Positions 50,001 through 61,842 of a stretch of 64,000 nucleotides of DNA are shown here, in pieces. Both the position numbers and the translations under genes were made by a program. Position 1 is the stretch's first letter. Every line of letters begins with the position of its first letter. This stretch comes from Vezdaea acicularis (Eukaryota). Below the pieces are notes generated by a model, which was given only the letters and a program-made list of their open reading frames with translations, had not been told where the DNA came from and ran no database searches. The stretch covers positions 62,001-126,000 of the forward strand of contig JAPEUI010000011.1 in NCBI GenBank assembly GCA_026025075.1, read 5' to 3'.

Positions 50001-50761
50001 CTACATCCTTCACAACCGACATCGTCGAGCTGCTCCTTCTGATAGGCAATCGTGTCTCAAATTCCATATGGGAGGCTACGATCAATTCCCCGCCAGAACA
50101 GGATGCATCCGATAGCTCTCGACCACCAAAGCCGACCCCTCACGCTAACCGTGAGGAGCGTCTGCGCTTCATAACTGCCAAATATGTCCATCATACCTTT
50201 ATTCAACCCCTCTCTCCACAATTCTCACACTTCGGCACGCCTGATGAAACTCTACTTGCTAGCATCAAGAAAAACGATCTACAAGGCATGCTCTATGCGC
50301 TTGCTTTATGTGCATCACCAAATGCAACTGACAAAAGCCGGAATACGCACTGCCTTTTCCTTGCGCTTGCAGCAGCAGATCCTGCTTCTCCGCCTGGCTC
50401 GAGCCCAACGCAGCAGAGCCCCAAGATAGCGGAGAAGGACACCGCATTCCCTGCAGCCGAGCTGCTGATGCAGAATGGAGCAGAGATACCGCAGGATCGC
50501 CCTGCCTTCCCGCTGAGTAAAAATGCATCGCTCTACCTCGAGCAAAAGTCTGGGAAGATAAGTCAACAAAGCAGCGGAACGCCCGGACAGGGTAACGATA
50601 TGGTTGGAGGTCTACCAAGTATTGGAGAAGGAGGGGGCTTTGGGCTGCTGGGCAGCGGAGGGAGTCCTGCTTCAAGAGACGGTAGACTGCAAAAGCGAGT
50701 CAGTGCCGGAGGTCGGTTGGCAAGGAGTGGGGCCTTAATAGAAAGAGGACATGGTCTTTAG
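47033..50761 (+). CDS. ARF GTPase-activating protein with BAR-PH-ArfGAP architecture (Csx2/centaurin-beta-like)
   Basis: Start MGNVTS (N-myristoylation-like). BAR region DGPVFRATMKALE..FELKRFDY; PH domain KEGLLW..WHK|FWIVL..RRFCFEV; ArfGAP zinc finger CADCG..[28 protein letters not shown].LD. Confidence 0.92.
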
Positions 50762-51161
50762 GTTGTGCTCGTTGGGGGTTGGGTATTTGCATAGGTTGAT
50801 CATGAAAGCGAGGCGTTCTGGAAGTGGGGTTGGTTGTTTGTAGACGCATTGGTCGTGGTAATATGCCCTGATGGATTGGAAGGAGGTTCGCAATTTCACT
50901 TTTTGTCCTATCATCGGGTAATGGGCAGGCGCGGATGCTGGATGACTACTCGTAATGCATAATATGAAAGATTGGATGGCCTTCTACTATTGCAATCCAT
51001 AGAATAAGTGACTGACTGGCAGCATAGAGCCTTAGCGGATACCTCTGCTGGTTTCGGGGCGCCGATTTCATGAACCCGTTTTGGCAAACTTCTCGAAGGT
51101 TTTTTTATGCTCTCAGGTGGCAGACCGGCAATGAAAGTCTTTGGTTACTATTTGTCAACTC

Positions 51162-51168
51162 TGAGTCA
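51162..51168 (+). promoter_or_regulatory. TGAGTCA Gcn4/CpcA (AP-1-type) site upstream of serine dehydratase
   Basis: Perfect TGA(C/G)TCA heptamer about 290 bp upstream of ATG 51461. A single site, so chance occurrence is possible. Confidence 0.35.
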
Positions 51169-51460
51169 CTCAAATTGTAAATTCACCAAGCATTCCACTG
51201 ATTACTTCCTTACCCCCACAATTGCGCGATGCTCTGCATGCGCCAGTACCGCTCGAATCATGCGTCGGCATGCGACTCAGTCTTGTCAATTCAACGACGC
51301 GATTTCGACTAAGACACCGACGATGAGGGAATTCCAGTCCCAACATATTCGTCTATGATATTAGGGTCATAGCATATTTAAGATTTCCACCTCCTATCTG
51401 CCCAAGGGATCACGTTTAGCAACTTCTGATTTGGAGCCGGCTTGACAGACACACAGACAC

Positions 51461-52548
51461 ATGGGAGCTGCGCCAAAAATGGATACGTTACCCAAGACCT
51501 GGATCCGTACGCCTCTGATCGAAAGCACCCCCCTCTCGAAAGCTTCGGGTTGCAGGGTCTTCCTGAAGCTCGAGAACCTCCAACCGTCTGGCTCCTTCAA
51601 AGCTCGGTTGGTCTCGCTAATCCCTTTTCATGTCTTCTGTCTACTAAAATCACCTGCGATCATAGCGGGATCGGCAACTACCTAATCGAGCGTATCCGCG
51701 AACACCCACATGGCGCTTCCTTACATTTTTTCAGTTCTAGCGGCGGCAATGCTGGGTTTGCTACCATTATCGCCGCAACCACACTTGGATATCCAGCGAC
51801 TATAGTTGTACCGGAATCTACCACTCATCACGTAATCCAGCAATTACAAGAGCTTGGAGCAGAGGTTGTGCAGCATGGGCCTACCTGGGCTGAAGCAGAT
51901 GCATACTTAAGAAAAGACTTGTTACCGCATGTTCCCGACGGCGTCTATGTGCCCCCCTTTGACCACGAGGATGTATGGAAGGGGAACGCTACCATGATCA
52001 ATGAGATCCTTGAGCAATTGAGGGACTATGCTGGGAAGGATGCACGCCCGGATGCGGTTATTTGTAGTGTAGGGGGTGGAGGGCTTCTCAATGGTGTGAT
52101 GCTGGCTCTAGAGTCGTTGCCCTGGGGTCGATCCGTCCGTGTGATCGCCGCTGAGACGAAAGGCGCCGACTCCCTCGCTGCGTCGGTGAAGGCGGGAGAG
52201 CTTGTAACCCTTCCTGGTATATCGTCCATCGCTACAAGTCTCGGCGCCACAAGGGTATCAGCAAAGTCTTTCGAGTATGCGAAGTACAGCAATGTTGAAA
52301 CTGTTGTTCTCAGTGATGATGAGGCCATTAGGGCGAGCATTCGCTTTGCAGATCGGACGAACATTCTTATTGAGCCAGCTTGTGGAGTCGTATGCGCTGT
52401 CTCCGAAGATAAGGAGAGGCTGAAGTCTTTACTCGGAGATGCTTGGGGTGCGAACAAGAATCTGATTCTCGTAATATGTGGGGGCAGGAAAGTGAGCACA
52501 GAGGTTATTGAGGCATGGCGGGCTGAGTATGGCACTAAAGTAACTTGA
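51461..52548 (+). CDS. CHA1: PLP-dependent L-serine/L-threonine dehydratase (Cha1/SDS family)
   Basis: Motifs TPLIES..VFLKLENLQPSGSFKAR|GIG (PLP Lys), SSGGNAG, YVPPFDH..W.GN, CSVGGGGL, SIATSLGA, IEPACG and VICGG. Intron ~51607-51665. Confidence 0.92.
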
Positions 52549-52672
52549 AAAGGGTCATAACCTTAACGATGAGATTCCAGGTAAAAGCCTTTCCTTTCTG
52601 CTATGGCACACATACACCTCCTGTTCGATCAAAGAGCCTCAGCCCATAAGCAATTGGCGCCTGTTTAGGCTA

Positions 52673-55600
52673 CTACAACTCGTCTCGAGTTTTCCCCTCG
52701 GATTCCTCGCTCTCATCGTCGAATTCATCTTCTTCCTCATCATCTACTTCGTCCTCGCCGTCCTTAGGTTGCAGGCCGTAATCGTCTTGGAAGAACGCCA
52801 AGGGCTTCTCCTCAGCCTTGAAACCCTCGTTTTGGAAACCCTTCTTGATAGACTAGAACAGAATAGATTAGCGGATCGCCTTAACTAAATAGAGACTGTG
52901 ACTTGACTTACTTCTACTAGCAAAGGCGCACAAGTCACAATGGTGTTGGAACTTTCGGGCAGAAATACCGGAAGTAGCACCTCCTTCATTACGCGTTTTA
53001 TTTCCTCTTCAGACACCTTTCTCACCGTCTTCAGCATTTGAGCGTTGTAGTCGGCAGGTACGCCCTTGATCACTTGATTGGTAAAACTTGTACTCGCTGC
53101 CTGACTCATCGTAGGCTCCTTATCAGCGTACTGCACGACTATGCTGCTGATGGCGCCCTCTAGAGCTGGTGGATCAAATGGAGTGGCGCCTGATATGAAG
53201 TCCTCGACCACCTGTTTTGCGCGCTTGAAAGCCTTGTACGCATCTGGAGAGCGATATATTTGGAACGCGATAAGACCAACATCGGGGTCTCGAGTGAACC
53301 CTGTGCCATAAGCAAGACCAGTGCCACGAATTTCAGCCCACATTGGCCCTTCAACAGCGTCAAGAAACGCTTGTGCAACCATTAGTGCAGGAAGCTGAGG
53401 ATGAGTTAGGGACTCTGGGCCTTTTGCTTTATGGCTCGAGTACGATGAGTCGATCGTGGGCATAGGAACGATGTAAGCATGGTTTCCGGGATCCCTGCCT
53501 GCCTCACTGAGACGCTCTTTTCTGGAGTCTACCGGGTTCAGTGGCTGGCTTGTATCTAGATTATTAATGAATGAAGCCCATGCGGACACTGGGTGCTTAA
53601 GCTTTTCGACATCAGCGACAACTAGGACTCTAAAATTCTGAAATTGACATATGCTGTTTCGCAAGTCCTCGAGTTGAGAGACGACAGTATTCGGCTCTTC
53701 TTTCAGAAGGCGACTGATCCGCTTTAAGTAAAGACTCTTTACTAAGGTGTTGCATGCTCTGGCAATAGATTTGGGGGCGTAGTGGATCATTGTGTCAACA
53801 GCTTGGAGCATCTATGGAACATTAATATCTCCAACATTTGTTGAAAGGTGATGCTTACCGAATTTCCGTCTCGCTTTTGCTCTGGAATGTCTGAGAGCAT
53901 CTTTGCCACGTTGGTCTTGAGTCTCTGTATAAATGTTAGTTTTCAACGCGAAAAGATTTTATATCAACCGGAAGATTACCGTAACATCGAAAACAGAGTC
54001 CCATAACATCGTTCGAAGCCAGTGGATAGCTAATGTGTATTTCTCCGGCTCGACCTGAATCTGGATGCACAGTGTCTCCGGATTCACTATGATAAATCCT
54101 CGCTGCATGGAATAGCTCACTGTCTCTCTTTCTAGCTCCATGACGACCTTCTCAAAATCTACTAACTTTCCATCGCGAAGGATTGGCGTATCAAAGAAGC
54201 CCATGATGTATAAAGCTAAGAGAGGTCGTCTTTCGATCGGAATGAATTCTGTTGAGAGAACCAGTGTAACTTGAACGAAGTTTGAAGGGATATGTTCGAA
54301 ATGCAGAAACAATGGGATGTTTGAACTGTCTTGGTCTACAAGTTGTTGTGCTTTGTTGGTAAGGGGCGTTTCATGCCGTGCAAGGCCACTCCTCGCTGTA
54401 AAAGTGTTGATAAAATGAATAGATTCGGTTCCAGGTATCTTAAACTTCTCAAGAAGCGACCTCGGAATCTCCTTGTCGTTCTCTGCCTTAGCCTTTGCAA
54501 GTTTTTCCGCCAATCTTTTGAGACCCTCCTCCCCTAATTTCTGCTTTTGTTCCGCAAGACGTTTCTGCTCGGCGTCCTTGAGGTTCTTAGACATAGCGGC
54601 AGAGGGTGTGCCTAATATCGAGACGTGATGCGCATCGGAGATCCATTTTCTCAGGAATCCTCGCCATTGAGAATCTGTCCACTTTTCGAGCTTATCGTAT
54701 TCATCAAGGGTCTCAAAACTTCTTAGAGTAGAGCCATCTAACTTTCCGTAAAGAAAGTCGGAAATCATCCCTTGTGGAAAGAAATATGGGGACTCCTCGA
54801 CCTGCGACTTAGCCTGCCGTTTCGACCGTCTACAACACTCAGCCATATAGTCTAGATCGACTGGCTTGGCAGCAGTCTCTTTCAGGAGCTCAAGCAGTCG
54901 TTTCTCTACACTTGCCAAACTTTTTGTGGCAACGCTGCTCAGAGCGAGCCATATTAGGGTATCGGGACGACTGTCGAGTGAGTAGTACACTGCGGAAGCT
55001 ACTTGCTCCTTCTCCACTAGCGTATTCTCGAGGGTTGATACTGAGGAACCACAGAGATAGATAAGGAGCACACTAAGAGCAGCCACTGTAAATGTCAGTA
55101 ATAGCGCAAGAAATGCTTCACATATCATATTTGAATGTAAAGAAACACTTTGTCACCGATCGGCGTTGTGACTGTGTTCCCTATCTCGTCCCTATCTCAA
55201 TAACTTAGGGATACGACGAAGAAGAGCGTTTTATGAACAGCTCATGTGGATTAGCTGAGACCACAGATTCTAGCCTTGGATAGTCTCATTGTAAATGAAT
55301 GCTAGAGTTCGCCAACCAATGACTCACTTTTCAAGGAATCACTTTGGTCTGGGCCCAGCCAGCCCACCATAATCTCCCCAAAAGATTCATCTTCTTCTGG
55401 GAAATTGACTGTCTTCACCACTGTACTCTCAAGCGGTGGCGGTTGAGGGGAATCTATCCATGGCCGTTTCCACGAGGCATCAGGTTTCGGGATGTCGTCC
55501 AGAATCCCTGTTTCGAACTCGTCCAGGATTCCGAGAAGGTCCTTATGATCAATCTCACCCACCAGCACGAGGCACAGATTTTTAGGATGATACATCTCGT

Positions 55601-56426
55601 GGTGAAAGGCCCGAATACGATCTGCGGTTAGCACACGGAGCTTCTCCATCATGCCTCCAGTCTCGTATCTGAATCCTACACCCTCTGGGTATAGTAATCG
55701 GCGTGCCTCAAGATCCATGAGCTCATTCTGCCCATTCTGAACACCTTGCATTTCAGAATACACGACTCTGGGAGTGCTTTAGCGCGAAGTTGGTGGAGGC
55801 TGGAAGAGTACAAACCGACCCTGCATCATGACCTGTTCCATCAATATGGTGCACCTCAGTGTAACATGCGGAGTCAGTGAGCGTAGGAAAGAGGACATGC
55901 TCAAGGTAAACGGGGAGCTGATAATTAGGTTAGTAGATGAAAGGTTAAGAGAGCGATATATTGACCAATTGAGCGAACCCTTCCCATCCAGCAGTATCTA
56001 GAGTATAGGCCGTGTGATCCGTGGCAGTCCAAGCATTGGTGTTAGAGTAAGATCTTGTGGCAAGTTTGTCTAAAAAGCCCTTGTATTTATAGCTCCTTGA
56101 CCCCTAACATGGGGTTTAGTAGAGACCCGGTGCTCTGAATTCGTGACTGACCATGAATACCAAATGCTCCAAAGTGTGGGCTTTGAGAAGACAGGCTCAG
56201 CATGAGCCATGATGAATGACTACGACAGAACCTTACGTGCTCCTGAATCATCATGAATCTCTGTAGCAAGTGCAAAATATCCTGAAACTTTTGGTCCTTC
56301 CTGATCTATAGCAACTATTCTCATGCCCGTTCTCTCAGATTCATACTGCGTGATTATGCTTGTGCCATAATCTATTTTGAAGCTCTGAATGGTTTTGAAA
56401 TGTGATTCCATATCTGGACGTGTCAT
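52673..56426 (-). CDS. Insulinase-family (M16) zinc metalloprotease, Cym1/Sdd3-like
   Basis: Inverted zinc motif HxxEH in HDDSGAP|HTLEHLVFM|GS; motifs NAWT.TDHT.Y, VVYSEMQG, YRYETGG and W.EIRGTGLAYG; acidic tail ending RDEL*. Multi-exon. Confidence 0.92.
55134..55292 (-). ncRNA. Candidate intronic structured ncRNA (possible box H/ACA snoRNA)
   Basis: Lies within the 242-nt intron 55086-55327. Sense-strand hairpins TGAGACTA/TGGTCTCA, GAGC/GCTC, TCGT..CCCTA/TAGGGACGA and GGAACAC-GTCAC/GTGAC-GTGTTTC, followed by TTT-ACA-TTC. Confidence 0.5.
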
Positions 56427-56647
56427 GGTTGCAAGCAAGTTTTTAATTTCGTCAAAGTGTAGTGGTCGTAGGTGGTATCGATGGGTCCGAGCTTATTGCC
56501 CTTTTAGAACTTGTTTGCTTCACTGTGGCTTGAGTTTGCTCGCCTACTGACCAGTTTGAATTCTTTCCTCGGGGGTAGCACTCCGTCGTTGGTTGTTACT
56601 ACTCAAGGAGTTCGTGTTGCACAATGTGAGATGACCTATTCGCCTTA

Positions 56648-59406
56648 ATGGCATCCTCAATATCTGGTGAACAGTTTGGGGAAGCAATCCTCGCTGCAGT
56701 CGAGAATGGCGCATACCCAGAGAATGAAGACATTATAGCAGCAGAGCTACCATCCTCAGCGTTTCCGGCTCTACTCAGCCGACTTCAGGCATCGCGTCGG
56801 GAAATTGAGGTAATATTATATTTTACTCCATGTTTGTATGTTCGTCTCGCCGTCCAGTCTGACGTACATTACCTTTCTAGAAAGAAGTCAAGAAGTTGAG
56901 CCGCCAGCATGCGACACACATTGATAGCTGGATCGCGGACGCGCAGCAGCTCTCCTTAGATATACGGGATTCAAAAGCCGCAGCTCAACAAATCGTCAGC
57001 CAGGGCAATGAAGAGGAAGGGCTTGGAACGTCGTTTGCGGACGCATCGAGTAAGGCTAACCTTTTGCGCGTTGAAGTATCTTTCAACGAGACGCTCGCCG
57101 GCGCCTTGGAGCAAATACAGTCCATTCAACAAAGTATAGATACGGTTCAGAGCACCTTGTTGCGTGGCGCATATGGGGAAGCTATCAAGGGTGTGCTAGG
57201 CGTTGAACGCCAATTAGAGGAGCTTCAAGGCTTGCAGTCTACCGCTGCTGTCCGCCTCCTTCGCGGAAGAGTATCTGCTTTACGTCAGGACATGTGTCAG
57301 GCACTTGATGGACAGTGGTATCGTCACATTGTCATTAATCGCGAAAACTCAAGTATTGCTGTCAAAGAAGTCATAAAAGGTGATATCAACCTGTACCGGA
57401 CTTTTCAGACCATACTGATTTGAACTGCAGGACCCCCAGATTCTAATATATCTGCGATCGCTGAGAATTTAAACCTTTTTAACTTGTTTGGACAGAAAAT
57501 TGAAAATTTATCACATGAATTTGAAGCCCTAATACTTCGACCCCTTTTTGAAGTTTCTTGCGCGGAACCTCCTAAACTGGAGATTGATGGTGACGAAATA
57601 CGACTCTCGAGGATGTCTTCAAGCGTCGGCATAAACCCTATTTTTGAAGCCCTTCATGATTTACTTAACTTCATAACCTCACACCTCTTACCATCGATCG
57701 GTAAACCCTTAATGAATAATTTAATGCCCAGCTTGATAGCACAGCTTAAGTCAAGTTGGCTCTCGGGCGCTATACCCTCTAGCTTAGAAGGTATTCCTGA
57801 ATTTGGGCGGGTACTGGCTTCAGTCGACGAATTTGCAGACTATGTGGAGGAGTTGGAAATAGCAGGTGCTAACGACCTTAAGGATTGGGTAGCAGAGGCC
57901 CCACGATTATGGGTGACTAAGATGAGGGAGGTATCCCTGGACAGGACTCGTACGCTGCTCTTGAGCGGCATTCACGAGACAAGAACGGTAGAGAGGGTTG
58001 AGACTCAGAAAGTCTCACGAGGAGACGGCATTCTCATACCAGAGGCTAATGGTGATGATTGGGACGCACAATGGTCTGATGATGAGGAATCGCACTCCAA
58101 ACCTACGGAAACACTCCGAGGCGAAGGAGAAGATGAAGATGAAGCAGTCAATGCTTGGGGATTAGACGAAGATATCCACGATGTCAACGACCAAGAGGTT
58201 AAGCCGACACAAGAGCCTACGGGTGACGAAGACGATGGCGCAGAAGCCTGGGGTTGGGGGGACGAAGAGCATGAAGATAAAGCGTCGGAGCTACCGGACA
58301 ACCCAAAAGCACAATCGACGCTACCCCGTAAACCAAATGGTCACCGTTCTAGAAATTCACGGTCCAGCAGGGATGTTACACTAAGAGAAACGTACACCAT
58401 CACCGCCTTTCCAGAGGGGATTCTGGAGATCGTCGGGCAAACTGTTAGCGATGCTGAGAAGCTCACGACCCCCCCGTAAGTGCGGAGCGTATCCAGCATC
58501 TATGCGCTGATTCTAACCAACAACAGATACGAAGAGTCACCAGTAGCGCCATTGGCGCCTGCCCTATTCACTCTACCATCATTGATACTCGCAATGTACC
58601 GAGCGGCAGCGTCTACTTTCTATAGTAGGAAAGCCGGTGGTAACATGTTTCTTTACAACGATAGCCTCTGGCTATCCGAGCAAGTCAGCAATTTTGCAGA
58701 GGAGCGTGGATCACAGATCTCCAGCCCGCGACTCCAAGGTAGGCTCAGACTTGACTCCGACGTCCAGGCATTAGAAGGATATGCCAAACGAGCATATGGA
58801 AAGGAGATGGAATCGCAACGAACGATCATCACCGACCTTCTCGACGGCGCCCAAGGCTTCGCAAACTGCACGGTCCATCCCTTCGCCACGGAATGCGACA
58901 ATGCCATCAACTCCACCGTCGACTGGATCAGACACATGAGCGGGCAGTGGAAGAACATCCTATCTCGCTCCGCGACGCTCCAATCCCTAGGCTCCCTGCT
59001 ATCGACTGTGACCAACAAACTGATCGTCGACATCGAGGACATGAGCGACATCTCCGAGGCCGAATCACAGAAACTGTCCTCCCTCTGCAACCGTGTCATC
59101 AACCTCGACGACCTCTTCCTCCCCGACCAGCCGCCGCCGCCGCCGCCCGGCGCCGCCGCCGCGGAAAAGAAAGAAGCGGCTCTGTTGCCACTAACCGCCG
59201 TCTACTGCCCCAGCTGGCTGAAGTTTCAGTACCTCGCCAGCATCCTCGAGAGCTCGCTCGCCGATATCAAGTATCTGTGGAGCGAGGGCGAGTTGAAGCT
59301 CGAGTTCTCGGCCGATGAGGTCGTCGATCTGATCGAGGCCCTGTTCGCCGACTCGGAGCATCGACGCAGAGCCATCGCCGAGATCAGGAGGTCGGCCGGC
59401 GTCTAG
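56648..59406 (+). CDS. ZW10/Dsl1 family retrograde-tethering / kinetochore protein
   Basis: Acidic Trp-rich lasso (DDWDAQWSDDE, NAWGLDED, EAWGWGDEE); motifs TLRETYTIT, MFLYNDSLWL, IEDMSDISEAES and WLKFQYLASILESSL..LFADSEHRRRAI. Three introns. Confidence 0.88.
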
Positions 59407-59602
59407 TGTTCGATAGCATTTGTTGTAGCATATACCTCCAATGAAAAGCTGAAAGTTAAAGCAAAGAATGCCGGCCCGAATACAAAATCTTTAATCACCT
59501 CGTGCACGATAAAAGTTTTCCTGAATAGGGAACCCATTAACACCGCCCCATTTCCCCCAAATCCAGTTCTCGAACACCGCCCATCCCCCTCCGCGCTCAG
59601 CT

Positions 59603-59858
59603 GCCAAGAACACGCGCAAAAAAAGGGCGGGGAGGCAGAGGGTGTGTGCTAACCTACCGCCATAAGAACCCCAGCAACCATAGCCGAGCCAAGCGCCAAG
59701 CCGCGCCGGTCCCAGCCCTGCGAAGAAACCCACAAGCGGTTGTCTAGCCCGGAATAGGCAGGGGAACGCCTGTCAGCGGCAGCCAAGCCACGTGCCAAGA
59801 AGGACTTGAGACCGCACTTTTTTGGTGGGAGAGGGGAGGGTCTGGGTGGTGACCTGGC
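59603..59858 (+). promoter_or_regulatory. Cluster of GCCARG PacC/Rim101-type sites
   Basis: GCCAAG at 59603, 59688, 59695, 59782 and 59794 (all + strand), and GCCAGG on the - strand at 59853-59858. Confidence 0.6.
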
Positions 59859-60759
59859 GGTGGCGCGGGGGAGTGGTGGTGTACTGGGTAGAGGGAGGTG
59901 GGATGAGAGAGAGGCTTGTGCTATGCTTCTATGTGAATCTACAACGAGGGGGAAGACCAAAAGAATTCCTTCCAGCCATTTCAAATCGCGAGCAAACCCA
60001 ATCCGCCGTGATTCCAGAGACACAACGACGGGAGCAACGGCCGAGTGCTCACATCAGCCTCCCACCCCTCCAATCCAATCCCCTCACGTCCAACCAAAAC
60101 CCTTCCCTTATCCCTCTCCTGTTGTGAAGAATACTCAACAATCCCACGCGGCTCTCCAAGTATGCGCGTGCGAACATTCGGTGTGCAGTAGGCAGTAAAT
60201 TGGTGCCTTCCGCCTGCGCCTCAGCCCCACCTCCCTCACCGGCGGGCAGCGCCACTCAGGACATCGCTACCGACCAGTTAGCACGCACCTTTCGTCCTTC
60301 CTAGTCCGAGTTTTCAGGAACAGTGCGCCCAATGGGGTAACCACCCCAAAAGCTCAGACCGGGGAATACAGTAAGACGTGACGGGGGGATGGAGTCAGCT
60401 CCGACACAGAGACCGCCAGATTAGTCGGTGGGGTGAGAGGGCGGGAAAAGCCACGATTGAATGTACCAACGTAGGGGGGGGGGCGGTATAAGCTTTCAGA
60501 GTGTCAGAAGGGATATATATCTGCAACGATTGTCTTGGGGGAGGGAGATCTTTCATTGAGTCTTACTGTAATAGTACGGTTTCTACGGGTGCTTTGTACT
60601 TGAGTGACTCTAGAACTCCCCTTCTTCACCTGATACACTCTCATAATCTGAAATTCTTTTGGAAAAGTTCTCTCTTCTCTACCCAGGAAGATTGATAGTC
60701 CGGATATCCACTCTATAAACAAAATCCTCCTCAGTCCCTCCGATACACAAAACGGCACG

Positions 60760-61692
60760 ATGACTACCACCACCACCACAACCACCACCCAAGCGTACAC
60801 GCCTCCATCCTCAAAACCCTGGGCCGACGCGCCCCTCCACCTACTCACGACCCCCTCCTTCACCTCCCCAGAGAAAGCCAAGGACCCCTTCTACAATGCG
60901 GCCTCGCACATGGCCGTGGTGCACAACGCGATCATCCGCGCCTACAACAGCATCTACCAGCAAGCACCCCATGTGAAGCCGGCGGACATGGGCGATTTCC
61001 TACAGTACTGCCGCTGCTGGGTGGAGCTGGTGCACTGCCACCACGATGGGGAGGAGCACGGCTTTTTCCCGGAGGTGGAGGAGAAGACGGGCGAGAAGGG
61101 ACTGATGGCGGGGAATGTGGAGCAGCACGGTATGTCCACCTTTGCCCTTGATTTTGTGTTTGTTTCCAGTGATGAGGGCGGTAGAAAGGGGGGGTAGTTG
61201 GACAGGGAAGGAGACGATGAATGAATGAGAGAACATAGGCTGATGGTTTGCGCGACAGCTATCTTTCACCCGGGCATGGCCAGCATGAAGAGCTACATCG
61301 ACAGCTGTCTCCCATCACCTTCGTCCTTCTCTGCGCCCAGGCTGCTCGAGATCATGGACTCCTTCGGCGTTGCCTTAAACACCCACCTGACGGAGGAGAT
61401 CGACACGCTGCTCGCCCTCTCCAAATACCCACAGCTGGACGTCCAGGCGATGATGGACAAGGAAGGCAAGGAAGTGATGGGAGCAATGCCCAAGACGACC
61501 GTAATAGCCTTCACCTTCCGGAATTTCGACCGCACGGCAGAGGGCGGCTTGTGGAAGGATTTCCCCAATTTGCCCTTCTTCATCCATTGGTGGTTCAGTC
61601 TTGCGGAAATGTGGCATGAGAGCTGGTGGCGCTTTGCGTGCTGCGATAGTCAGGGGCGGCCCAAGGAGTTGTACGCTTTGGCGGACAAGTAG
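60760..61692 (+). CDS. Hemerythrin/HHE cation-binding domain protein
   Basis: Di-iron ligand pattern MAVVHNAIIRAYNSIY, HCHHDGEEHGFFP, QH|AIFH and HLTEEI; C-terminal WWRFACCD..GRPKEL. Intron 61130-61258; poly-Thr (ACN)n microsatellite at the N-terminus. Confidence 0.88.
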
Positions 61693-61842
61693 GTTTTTGT
61701 TGGTTTTGCTATTTCATGTGGGGGCGTTTGTTTGTGGTGTGAAGAAAACTTCTGGCGTTAAGGAGGTGCTATTCGCTTTGAACTCCTGCTCCGTGCAATC
61801 CCTTATCCTTCGATATCCTTCCATTTAGCGCCTTTCTAAACT

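Noticed and set aside
52673..52690. C-terminal RDEL on the M16 protease, resembling an ER-retrieval signal
   Set aside because: The protein has no N-terminal signal peptide, so this is probably coincidental within an acidic tail.
59491..60255. Several 70-130 aa ORFs between ZW10 and the hemerythrin gene
   Set aside because: GC-rich low-complexity promoter sequence with mostly non-ATG starts and no domain features.
12971..61692. INSIG, 2OG oxygenase, COX23 and hemerythrin as an oxygen-response cluster
   Set aside because: They are scattered over about 49 kb among unrelated housekeeping genes and show no shared promoter motif.
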